From NCBI GenBank assembly GCA_040383865.1, contig JBEICT010000002.1:1-40750 (forward strand): a DNA stretch of 40,750 nucleotides, read 5' to 3'. Of this stretch, positions 1 to 8,453 are shown piece by piece. This stretch comes from Flavobacteriales bacterium. Lineage in GTDB: Bacteria; Bacteroidota; Bacteroidia; Flavobacteriales_F; PHOS-HE28. Made by a program: the position numbers and the translations under genes. Positions within the stretch are counted from its first letter, which is position 1; every line of letters begins with the position of its first letter. The notes below the pieces were generated by a model that ran no database searches, was not told the DNA's origin, and saw only the letters and a program-made list of their open reading frames with translations.

Positions 1-2611
1 AGGAACTGATGGCAACAACAGCAGTCGTGGTGAACGCAGCGCATCCGCCGGTAGCTGCTACCGTATAGGTCACCGTGTAGTTACCGGCAGTGCTCGAAGA
101 AGGCGTGATCGCGCCCGAGGAAGCATTGATCGAGAGACCAGCAGGGCTTGCCGTGTAGCTACCTCCTGCGGTTCCCGTGCGGTTCACGGACACAACACCG
201 GCCGTGGTGCAGAACGGCGAACCAGCGTAGGCGATGGTCGCGGCCGGTTGAGCAGCGATGGTGACACTTGCGGTCGTGCTGAACGCAGCGCAGCCACCGG
301 CAGCGGCCACCGTGTAAGTCACGGTGTAGGTGCCCGGAGTGCTGGTCGAGGGTGTGATGTTGCCGTTGAAGGTATTCAGCGTAAGACCTGCGGGTGAAGC
401 GCTATAGGAGCCCCCGGTGGTGCCGGTACGTGTAACGCTCACCGCAGCGACCGATACACAGAACGGAGATCCGGCGTATTGGATCGTGGCTGATGCGGCC
501 GTGCCCACGGATACGGTCAAGGACTGCTGCGCACTTCCACAACCGTTGCTCACTACGATCGTGTAGGAACCTGCAGCAGCAGAGGTCGCCGACGCGATGG
601 AAGGGTTCTGTGCGGTGGATGAGAATCCGTTGGGTCCGCTCCAGGCATAGGTCAGTGTCCCGGTCCCGGTGGCCGTAACACCCAGTTGCAGCGGCTGGCC
701 TGCGCACACAGCGCCTGCGCCAGAAACGCTGGAGATGACCGGTGCGGGAATAGGCGTGCCCGCACATTGACAGGCAGCCGTCCACACATCGTTCACCGTG
801 CAGGCATTGTTGTCGTTACAGGCCGTGCCAGGCATCGCGGTACCGCCGTTCACACCAAGGCAGTCCACTGTTGCACCGGCCGTGCTGGCACCAATGGCAC
901 CCAGCGACAGATCGTAGTAGCTACCACTGGCAGTGGTCTCCAGCTTCACGGCACGCACCATGTACTCGCGGCCCGTGATGAACGGGATGGCCGGGTTCAC
1001 ATAACCCGTACCAACAACTGGGGTAGTGGTCAGTCGTGTGATGGAGCCCGTGGTGGCGTCGAACTGATACAGGTGATATCCCGTCACGCTCTCGGCGGAG
1101 GCAGTCCAGCTGAACGATGCCACACCTGAAGCATTGGAGACAACGAGGTTGGCGGGAGGTGCCACCATCCTCATTCGCAGGCTGGGGTCGCCCATGAGCC
1201 CGAGGTGTGAGCGACCGATGCTGCCTTGCCAACCCTCAGTGAGCGGAGTGTAGAGGGCGGAGTTGTTCATGGTGACCAGCACACTGTATCCGATCGGATC
1301 GCCCATGCCCATGTGATGGAAGTACCATGCCGGGATACCCGCCCAGCAGTTGGTGAGCGCCTGGCCACTGGCCAAGGGGGCGCGCAGGAAATTATTTCGG
1401 TTGTCCCAATCACCATAGTAGCTGCCCATGGCCATGTTGAACACACCGCTCATCGAGGTCGTGGCATAGTTCTGCGTAGTACCAACGTTCGCGGCGCCAT
1501 TGAAGGTGAGCACGCCACCATCCACGGCCTGCGTTCCACCACCGGACGAGTAGGTCCAGAGGTAGCTCTGGTTGTTCACCAAGCTGTAGAACGGCGTACC
1601 GTTCTGGTTGGCATTGGTGATGTTGGCGGGTCCCACGAGCGGTGCCATGGAACGCCAGCCGCAGCCCGCGATGGGGTTGCCCACCCACTGCAGGTTATCG
1701 AACACGAGGCCTCGCTGCTGCGGGTTCCATTGCTTCACCTTGAAGTTATGGGCCTTGTTCAGGTAGTTGCGGACCAGCGTCACCTCCGATTGACCAAAGG
1801 CAGGCATATCGAAAAGGTCGACCCGTCCCACCTGTAGCTCCACCGTGCTTGGGAACGTTCCCTGGTCGAACTTGCCATCACCGGGAACATTGCGGTTCTC
1901 CACGCGCTGTGAGGCACTGTTGTTAACCGAAGCATCCGTCCATGTACCATCGATGTCACCGTAGTAGCCATCACAAGGCCATGCACCCGTGTGCTCGCTA
2001 TGGCCATCGGGGGCCACATTACCGGAGTAGGGAACAGGAACGTGACCAACGATGTAGATGGCCTTGACGTTGGTGGGATCACTGTTGTAATGCCCGGCTA
2101 CAATGCTCTTGATGTTGGCAGCGGTGGCCGTGCGGCTCACATCGCTGCGCAGTACGATCCAGCCATCGCTACGCAGATCGGTCATCAACTGTTGAAGTTC
2201 CGCGGTCAATTGGGGTGCAAGCGTATTGTCGACCAGCAGGATCAATTTGCCGCGTTGATCGACCGGGGCCACTTCAATGCCGGTGCTGATATATCCCTGA
2301 CCAGTAACCCCGTTCGAGACACGGACCACGCGGTACTCGTAATTGACACCGACCACCACGCTATTGTCCACGTACTGTGTTGCCGAAGCCGCAGGTGTGG
2401 CGATCGCGCTGCCCCAGGATGTCCCGGTCTTCAGCTTGCGAAAGATGGTGATCGAGGTGGTGCTCGCCATCGTCGGCCATGAAATGGTGATGGAGGCCGG
2501 TGTCGATTGAACGGACGCCGAAAGCTGCACAGCGGCTCTTTGTGACGCGGTCTGGCCGAGAACGGCAAGATGCGCCAACAGGGCGAACAGAACAAGGATG
2601 TTACGTACCAT
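1..2611 (-). CDS. Large secreted adhesin-like protein, N-terminal 870 codons only (C-terminus lies beyond the window start); paralog of the head of the 2807..8161 protein
   Basis: Absent from the ORF track because the frame stays open to the window edge. Hand translation of the minus strand from ATG (plus 2609-2611) gives 870 stop-free codons. It starts with signal peptide MVRNILVLFALLAHLAVLGQTA. Then IYIVGHVPVPYSGNVAPDGHSEH, NVPGDGKFDQ and VGRVDLFDMPAF run colinear with the head of the neighbouring giant protein. These are followed by one DCLGV..CNDNN..C.C unit (about 748-868), a W.GPNGF..QNP Ig-like module and two tandem ~80-aa Ig-like repeats. Confidence 0.85.
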   Translation of the reverse strand, partial: MVRNILVLFALLAHLAVLGQTASQRAAVQLSASVQSTPASITISWPTMASTTSITIFRKLKTGTSWGSAIATPAASATQYVDNSVVVGVNYEYRVVRVSNGVTGQGYISTGIEVAPVDQRGKLILLVDNTLAPQLTAELQQLMTDLRSDGWIVLRSDVSRTATAANIKSIVAGHYNSDPTNVKAIYIVGHVPVPYSGNVAPDGHSEHTGAWPCDGYYGDIDGTWTDASVNNSASQRVENRNVPGDGKFDQGTFPSTVELQVGRVDLFDMPAFGQSEVTLVRNYLNKAHNFKVKQWNPQQRGLVFDNLQWVGNPIAGCGWRSMAPLVGPANITNANQNGTPFYSLVNNQSYLWTYSSGGGTQAVDGGVLTFNGAANVGTTQNYATTSMSGVFNMAMGSYYGDWDNRNNFLRAPLASGQALTNCWAGIPAWYFHHMGMGDPIGYSVLVTMNNSALYTPLTEGWQGSIGRSHLGLMGDPSLRMRMVAPPANLVVSNASGVASFSWTASAESVTGYHLYQFDATTGSITRLTTTPVVGTGYVNPAIPFITGREYMVRAVKLETTASGSYYDLSLGAIGASTAGATVDCLGVNGGTAMPGTACNDNNACTVNDVWTAACQCAGTPIPAPVISSVSGAGAVCAGQPLQLGVTATGTGTLTYAWSGPNGFSSTAQNPSIASATSAAAGSYTIVVSNGCGSAQQSLTVSVGTAASATIQYAGSPFCVSVAAVSVTRTGTTGGSYSASPAGLTLNTFNGNITPSTSTPGTYTVTYTVAAAGGCAAFSTTASVTIAAQPAATIAYAGSPFCTTAGVVSVNRTGTAGGSYTASPAGLSINASSGAITPSSSTAGNYTVTYTVAATGGCAAFTTTAVVAISS
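2..490 (-). repeat. Two tandem ~240-250 bp coding repeats (Ig-like modules A.I.YAGSPFC...GGSY.ASPAGL.....G.ITPS.ST.G.YTVTYTVAA.GGCAAF.TTA)
   Basis: Hand alignment of minus-strand translation: unit 242-490 versus unit 2-241. Most positions are identical at protein level and the DNA is visibly similar (for example 20-100 versus 265-345). Confidence 0.8.
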
Positions 2612-2806
2612 GGCAGATGCGTGTTGGAGGACGATCGCCCTTCCATCGCGCTCCCTGCCTTTCAGCTGGTCCTAACGCAAGGCAGTTGCATTCGGGCCGG
2701 GACCTGCGATGAGCAGGCAGGCCCTTTTACCGCAGGAACAGCCGGAATGGTTACAACTCGGGTATGGCCACCCCATACCAACCCAATACCTCACAAGGAC
2801 CGTCAC

Positions 2807-5800
2807 CTACAAACGGACGACGCTTACGCGCGCGATCGAGCGTCCATCCACATCGATCAACGTGATGGAGTAGGTGCCTTGAGGCAGCCCGGACAGATCG
2901 ATCACCGGTGAATAGGCGCGACGATCGACCAACGCGCCACGTGGATCATGGATGGTGACCATACGAGCTTCCCGGATATCCGGCACCAAGCGCACCACGC
3001 CAGAGGACGGATTGGGAATGGCACGGACCTGCACGTCCAGCGAGCGGTCATGGATGCCCACATCATCGCAGGCGTTACCCACACCATCGTCATCATCATC
3101 CGCTTGGTCGGCATTGAACACCCATGGGCAGTTATCGCATGGGTCGCCCACCCCGTCGACGTCAAAATCACTTTGGGCCGTGTTGGGTACCGAAACGCAG
3201 TTGTCGTTACAGTCCAGCACCTGATCCCCATCCAGATCGGGGTTCGGGGTAATACCCGTTGTACCGCCGGCACATGTTCCACAGTCATCGATGAAGGCCG
3301 CGCCGTTGACAACACCAGCGCAATCCATGGGAAGACCGCTGCAGATGCATGAGCTGTTCCAGGTATCGTTCACGGTGTTCGCATTGCCATCATCGCAAGG
3401 TGTTCCTGGCAGGGCCAGGCCTCCGGGAACGCCTGCACAATCCAAGGGCTCACCAGCGCACTGGCAATTGCCCATCCACAGATCATTGCCAGTGGATGCG
3501 TTCCCATCGTCGCAGGGGGTTCCAGGCAGCGCCTGCCCCCCGGGCACACCTGCACAATCGATCACCTGACCCGCGCACGTGCAGGAGGCTGTCCATTGGT
3601 CGTTGTCGGTGGATGCATTGCTATCGTCACATGGCGTTCCAGGGAGAGCAGTGCCGCCCACGGCTCCGAGGCAGTCAATGGGTACGCCCGCACATACGCA
3701 ATCGGTGGTCCATTGATCATTGCCGGTACCGGGGTCGCCATCATTACATGCCGCACCCGGTAGAGCAGTGCCCCCTGACACACCCAGGCAATCGATCACT
3801 TGGCCCGCACAACCGCAGGTCAGTTCCCACAGGTCGTTCCCGGTCGCTGGATCGCCGTCGTCACAGGGTGTGCCCGGCAATGCTGCACCGCCGGGGACAC
3901 CCAGGCAATCCAAGGGAAGTCCGGCACAAATACAATTCGCCGTCCACTGGTCATTGCCCGTGGCGGCATTGCCGTCATCGCATGGCGCACCGGGCAAGGC
4001 CCCTCCGCCTGGCAGACCGACACAATCGATGGGAAGGCCGCTGCATATGCAATCCGAGCCCCAGGTATCATTCCCGGTGGACGCGTTGCCATCGTCGCAT
4101 GGTGAACCAGGCACTGCAGCACCGCCCGCCGCACCAGCACAATCAAGCGGCAGACCGGCGCAGGTGCAATCAACGCTCCATACATCGTTGCCGGTAGCGC
4201 TATTCCCGTCGTCGCAGGCAGTGCCCGGCAAGGCCGTCCCTCCGATCACACCCAGACAGTCCACGACCTCGCCCGAGCAGGCACAATCACTGCCCCAGAT
4301 ATCGTTCACGGTATTGGAAAGACCATCATCGCACGGTGAACCGGGCAAGGCAGCACCTCCGGGTACACCGATGCAATCTAACGGGAGGCCAACGCAGGTG
4401 CAGTCCGCCTGCCAGGTATCCGCACCGGTGGTGGGATCACCATCATTACAAGGCGAACCAGGCCATGATGCTCCGTCGGGCACACCAGCGCAATCCACAG
4501 GTACGCCGGCACATGCACAATCAACACCCCAACTGTCATTCCCAGTCTGGGGGTCACCATCATCACACGGAGCACCGGGTAATGCGGTTCCACCGGGAAC
4601 ACCGTCACAATCCAAGGGCAGGCCAATGCACGTGCAGGCCGCTGTCCACAGGTCATTTCCGGTCAAGGGGTCGCCATCATCGCAAGGCGTACCCGGCAAG
4701 GCACCGCCGAACTCAACCCCAAGGCAATCGTCATTGGTCGGCACTCCTTCGCAGCTACAATCCGACGTCCACACATCATTCACCGTGAGGGCGAGGCCAT
4801 CATCACAGGATGTGCCCACCAGTGCAGGCCCGCCGGGAATGCCCAGGCAATCCAGCGGGAGACCTGTACAAGAGCAATCCTGTTGGTATGTATCATTCCC
4901 GGTCAATGGGTCATTGTCATCACAGGGGCTTCCCGGCCCGGCCGACCCACCGGGAACTCCCGCACAATCGATCGGCTGGCCTGCACATGTACAATTGATC
5001 GTCCATTGGTCGTTCCCCGTGGTCGCATCGCCGTCATCGCATGGAGTGCCGGGCAACGCACCTCCACCGACCACACCGAGGCAATCCATGGGAGGTGCCG
5101 CATGGGTGATGCACAAACGCGCAGCACGGGCCTGGCTCTGGTCCCAGCTCCAGGCCGAGCGTCGGCCTTCACCCTCAATAAGCACCACCATGGCGTTGCC
5201 TGGCGACCATCCTGGCCTGTTCACCACTTCACCTATGGCGGTGGAAATATCGCTGGTACGTTGTGCCACTCCATTGGCATTGGTCACCGTCCAGGAAGGT
5301 GGCGCCCATGGCACGGACGATGTCGTGGCACGCGACGAAAGGTCGAAAGGCGCAAAGCCGAGGGGTTGCGCATTATCCGAGGCTTGCAACGCGACATTCA
5401 GGGAACTGGGCGATAAGTTCCCCGTACCCCTTGCCGTGAACTGAACATAGGCCTGAAGGATGGGGGCATCACGCGGCACCGCGATGTTACCGAACCGCAG
5501 CGCCACCACCTGGTTGCCTCGCCAGGGCGTCGGCTCACCATCGAACACCAGGTCCAGCGAACCGGTGTTGTTGTAAACGTTGCCGTTCTCCGCTTCCTCT
5601 CCATCGGGGTTGCCGCCCACGGAAGTCAGCGTGTAACAGGTGGAGGCGACCACACAGTCGTTATTACCGCCACAAACTCCGCACAGGTCCACCACGGCCC
5701 CACCGCCCGGAACACCGTTGCAATCAATGGGCAGGCCCACACATTGGCAGGAGTTGTTCCATGTATCGTTGCCTGTGTTCGGATCACCATCATTGCAAGG

Positions 5801-8161
5801 TGCTCCCGGCAATGCCGAACCGAAAGGGGTTCCCTGACAATCGACCGGTGTTCCCGCACATGAGCAATCCAAGCTCCAGGTATCGTTGATGGTAAGCGAG
5901 TTCCCGTCGCTGCATGGTGTGCCAGGCAGTGCTCCTCCACCCGCAACACCAAGGCAGTCAAAAGGGGCACCAACGCATTGGCAGCTGGTGTTCCACGTGT
6001 CGTTGCCCGTGTTGGCATTGCCATCATTGCATGGCGAGCCGGGCACCGCCGCCCCACCCGTAACGCCCAGGCAATCGACCAATTGGCCAGTGCAGGCACA
6101 ATTGGTACCGACCACATCATTGATCGTGTTCGGGTTACCGTCGTTACAGGCCGACCCTGGCTCCGGATTCCCACAACCGCATGCACCTGGTGCGGTCTTG
6201 TTCGGATCCGTTGGGCACCCATCCGCCACGTTGCATACACCATCCCCATCGGAGTCCGGCAAAGGCGTGAACACGCAGGACCCACCCGCACATCCATCCG
6301 AGGTACAAGGGTTGTTATCGTTGCACGGGAGCGGCACACCCACACATTGGCACGAGGCGTTCCACGTATCGTTCACCGTGCAGGCGTTGCCATCGTTGCA
6401 AGCCGTACCGGGTGCTGCCGGGCCGCTTGGTACACCCAGGCAATCCGTGGCCACAGGGGTGATCACGACCTGACCGAAGGCACCCAGGCTGAGATTGAAG
6501 TAACTGCCGCTGTACGAGACCTGTAATTTCAGGGCACGCACCATGTAGCGGACCGTGCCGGAAAGGCCGCTGGTGTTGTCCGTGAAGCTGGTGCCGGTCA
6601 CCGCTGTGCTCGTGCGTCGTTCCCAGGTCTGGGTCGCCGTGTTGAAGCGATAGACATGATAACCGGCCAGTCCTGCCTCAGGTGATGCGGTCCAGGTCAC
6701 CGTTGTGTTCTGGCCTGTAGGACTGGTGGCCTGCACGTTCGTAGCAGGGGCCACCACGTGCATGCGCAACGTGGGATCGCCGAGCAACGAAACGTGGATA
6801 CGACCTGCCTGCGGGTTGGCCGGCTCATAATGGCCGTTGCCATTGTTCTGGGTAAGCCTGGTGGAATAGCCGATGGTCTCCCCCAGCCCCATGTGGTGGA
6901 AGAACCAGTTCGGATAACCCGCCCAGAAATTGGCCAGGATGGTGCCTGAACCCAGGGCGGCACGGAGGAAGTTGTCCTGGAAATCCCAATCGCCGAAATA
7001 GCTACCCAGCAGTACCGTAAAGATGCCGCGTGTATAGGTCGATGCGAATTGCGCTGTGCTGCCGACCCCGTTGGCATTCGTCCACCATCCACCACCACAA
7101 CCGTAACTCCAGAGGTGGCTCTGTGTGGACATGGATGTGAAGTAGTCCCCGGCCAACACATTGTTCGGATGCACCAAAGGGCCGAAACCCCGCCAACCGT
7201 TCTGTGAGAACGCATCGGCCATGCCGGTGAAATTGTCATCGATCACAGCCCTATCCTGTGCGGTGATCTGCTTCACCTTCCACTGATGCAGCTTGGTCAG
7301 GTAATTGGCCGTCAAGGTGGTCTCGTCCTGGCTGAACGCCGGCATGTTGAAGAAATCAACGCGGCCTACCGCCAGTTCCACAGAGCTGGGGATCACCGAC
7401 TGATCGAACTTGCCGTCACCGGGCACATTGTGGTTCCTGGTCCATTGGGCCGTGGCACTGTTCACCGAATTATCGGTCCAGGTCCCGTTCATTTCGCCGT
7501 AGTACACATCGGCCACCCATGCACCGTAGTGCTCACCATGGCCATCGGGAGCCAGGTTGCCCGACATAGGCACGGGAACATGGCCAACGATGAATACCGA
7601 GTTCACCTTGGTGGGGTCGGCGTTGTACGCGTTCACTACCAACGCCTTCACACTGGTCACAGGCGCCGTTCGGCTGACGTCATGACGTATTACGCGCCAA
7701 CCGTCGCCTTCCAGATCGCTTTGCAGCTGCGCCAATTGGGTGGCAAGCGAGGTCGTGAACGTATTGTCCACCAACAGCACCATCTTGCCTCGGTCCTCCA
7801 CCATGTCCACTGCGATCCCGGCGTTCACATAACCTTGACCACTCCCCAGGTTCGAGGTGGTACGCACCACCTTGTACTCATAGGAAGTATTGACGCTGAC
7901 GGAATTGTCCACGAACTGAGCGGCCGTTGAGGTCGCCGTACCGATCGCTGTTCCCCAGCTCGTTCCGCCCTTCAACTTTCTGAAAATGGTGAACCCCGTC
8001 GTGTTGGCGTGCGGTGCCCAATTCAGGGTGATCCGCGCAGGGTTGGACTGCACGGTGGCCCAGAGCTGAACGGACCGGTTCTGGCCCAAGGTCTGTGCCA
8101 TGGCAAATGCCGCCAGCAGCCAGAACAGCAGTGTGGCAATGGGCCTTGAATGTTTAAGCAT
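2807..8161 (-). CDS. Giant secreted cysteine-rich repeat protein with T9SS (Por) C-terminal sorting domain
   Basis: The track ORF 2807..8167 starts at TTG; the first ATG (plus 8159-8161) gives signal peptide MLKHSRPIATLLFWLLAAFAMAQ. The head (about 6446-8161) is FN3-like + ~450-aa globular domain + FN3-like. Two blocks of DC.GV.GG.A.PG..CDDG...T.ND.W...C.C.G repeats follow. Asp-rich TSP3-like motifs sit at about 3041-3325 (DLDGDQVLDCNDNC, DVDGVGDPCDNC, DDDDDGVGNACD). The C-terminus IPNPSSGVVRL...IDLSGLPQGTYSITL...VSVVRL (about 2810-3040) fits the T9SS sorting-domain pattern. Confidence 0.9.
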   Translation of the reverse strand: MLKHSRPIATLLFWLLAAFAMAQTLGQNRSVQLWATVQSNPARITLNWAPHANTTGFTIFRKLKGGTSWGTAIGTATSTAAQFVDNSVSVNTSYEYKVVRTTSNLGSGQGYVNAGIAVDMVEDRGKMVLLVDNTFTTSLATQLAQLQSDLEGDGWRVIRHDVSRTAPVTSVKALVVNAYNADPTKVNSVFIVGHVPVPMSGNLAPDGHGEHYGAWVADVYYGEMNGTWTDNSVNSATAQWTRNHNVPGDGKFDQSVIPSSVELAVGRVDFFNMPAFSQDETTLTANYLTKLHQWKVKQITAQDRAVIDDNFTGMADAFSQNGWRGFGPLVHPNNVLAGDYFTSMSTQSHLWSYGCGGGWWTNANGVGSTAQFASTYTRGIFTVLLGSYFGDWDFQDNFLRAALGSGTILANFWAGYPNWFFHHMGLGETIGYSTRLTQNNGNGHYEPANPQAGRIHVSLLGDPTLRMHVVAPATNVQATSPTGQNTTVTWTASPEAGLAGYHVYRFNTATQTWERRTSTAVTGTSFTDNTSGLSGTVRYMVRALKLQVSYSGSYFNLSLGAFGQVVITPVATDCLGVPSGPAAPGTACNDGNACTVNDTWNASCQCVGVPLPCNDNNPCTSDGCAGGSCVFTPLPDSDGDGVCNVADGCPTDPNKTAPGACGCGNPEPGSACNDGNPNTINDVVGTNCACTGQLVDCLGVTGGAAVPGSPCNDGNANTGNDTWNTSCQCVGAPFDCLGVAGGGALPGTPCSDGNSLTINDTWSLDCSCAGTPVDCQGTPFGSALPGAPCNDGDPNTGNDTWNNSCQCVGLPIDCNGVPGGGAVVDLCGVCGGNNDCVVASTCYTLTSVGGNPDGEEAENGNVYNNTGSLDLVFDGEPTPWRGNQVVALRFGNIAVPRDAPILQAYVQFTARGTGNLSPSSLNVALQASDNAQPLGFAPFDLSSRATTSSVPWAPPSWTVTNANGVAQRTSDISTAIGEVVNRPGWSPGNAMVVLIEGEGRRSAWSWDQSQARAARLCITHAAPPMDCLGVVGGGALPGTPCDDGDATTGNDQWTINCTCAGQPIDCAGVPGGSAGPGSPCDDNDPLTGNDTYQQDCSCTGLPLDCLGIPGGPALVGTSCDDGLALTVNDVWTSDCSCEGVPTNDDCLGVEFGGALPGTPCDDGDPLTGNDLWTAACTCIGLPLDCDGVPGGTALPGAPCDDGDPQTGNDSWGVDCACAGVPVDCAGVPDGASWPGSPCNDGDPTTGADTWQADCTCVGLPLDCIGVPGGAALPGSPCDDGLSNTVNDIWGSDCACSGEVVDCLGVIGGTALPGTACDDGNSATGNDVWSVDCTCAGLPLDCAGAAGGAAVPGSPCDDGNASTGNDTWGSDCICSGLPIDCVGLPGGGALPGAPCDDGNAATGNDQWTANCICAGLPLDCLGVPGGAALPGTPCDDGDPATGNDLWELTCGCAGQVIDCLGVSGGTALPGAACNDGDPGTGNDQWTTDCVCAGVPIDCLGAVGGTALPGTPCDDSNASTDNDQWTASCTCAGQVIDCAGVPGGQALPGTPCDDGNASTGNDLWMGNCQCAGEPLDCAGVPGGLALPGTPCDDGNANTVNDTWNSSCICSGLPMDCAGVVNGAAFIDDCGTCAGGTTGITPNPDLDGDQVLDCNDNCVSVPNTAQSDFDVDGVGDPCDNCPWVFNADQADDDDDGVGNACDDVGIHDRSLDVQVRAIPNPSSGVVRLVPDIREARMVTIHDPRGALVDRRAYSPVIDLSGLPQGTYSITLIDVDGRSIARVSVVRL
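3326..5086 (-). repeat. 15 consecutive in-frame 117-bp units (39-aa four-Cys repeat; one unit is 41 aa)
   Basis: Counted by hand from the translation: 14 x 39 aa + 1 x 41 aa = 587 aa = 1761 nt, which matches the coordinates exactly. Cys sits at unit positions 2, 16, 32 and 34 throughout. Confidence 0.9.
5636..6445 (-). repeat. First block of the same four-Cys repeat (4 full units, an 83-aa variant segment, and a terminal DC.GV.GG.AVVD.CGVCGG variant)
   Basis: Hand count: 40 + 83 + 39 + 39 + 39 + 30 aa = 270 aa = 810 nt. The first unit starts at the GAT codon (plus 6443-6445). Confidence 0.8.
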
Positions 8162-8175
8162 GTGCAAAAGGATCG

Positions 8176-8183
8176 CAAATATA
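8176..8183 (-). promoter_or_regulatory. Candidate Bacteroidota-type -7 promoter box TATATTTG for the giant adhesin gene
   Basis: The minus strand reads GGGGGGGGGTTATATTTGCGATCCTTTTGCACATG. TATATTTG fits the TAnnTTTG consensus and ends 14 nt before the ATG. No convincing -33 TTTG was seen. Confidence 0.4.
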
Positions 8184-8184
8184 A

Positions 8185-8193
8185 CCCCCCCCC
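8185..8193. repeat. C9 (G9 on minus strand) homopolymer, running into the 12-nt palindrome CCCGCGCGCGGG (8191-8202)
   Basis: Read directly: ataa ccccccccc gcgcgcggg. It lies immediately upstream (minus-strand sense) of the candidate -7 box. Confidence 0.9.
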
Positions 8194-8453
8194 GCGCGCG
8201 GGAGACCGACCTGCTGGAACATGGGACGGCGACAGATCGTTCGATAAGAGCGACGTATTACCATTCATGATCGACCACCCTTTCTACGTGGTTACCTTCG
8301 CAACGGTTCCGATGAAGCAAACCTTCGACCGGACGATGGCGTAGAAATGGCGGTTGAATAGCCCGGAGCGTGTACGCACCCTCTCAGTTCCCGACCCGGA
8401 AAAGGTTGAAGAACAGGGATTTGGCTTTATGACCTGATCGACTAAAAAAGGAC

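Noticed and set aside
3720-5444. 574-aa plus-strand ORF (and neighbouring plus-strand ORFs 3349..4197, 5886..6473)
   Set aside because: It is antisense to the giant repeat gene. Its translation is a low-complexity Pro/Ser/Gly/Gln periodic mirror of the Cys repeat, with no start context or motif. This is a shadow ORF typical of high-GC coding DNA.
6446-8161. Peptidase C25 (gingipain)-like cysteine protease assignment for the adhesin head domain
   Set aside because: The APDGH.EH and YGCGGG contexts looked superficially like a His/Cys dyad. However, the Cys is replaced by Ser in the tandem paralog (YSSGGG), and I cannot align either protein to C25 motifs with any confidence.
8150-8344. 64-aa ORF in the adhesin / NRPS-PKS divergent region
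   Set aside because: It starts inside the adhesin gene on the opposite strand, has no motif, and spans the homopolymer and palindrome region. This region is better explained as a promoter region.
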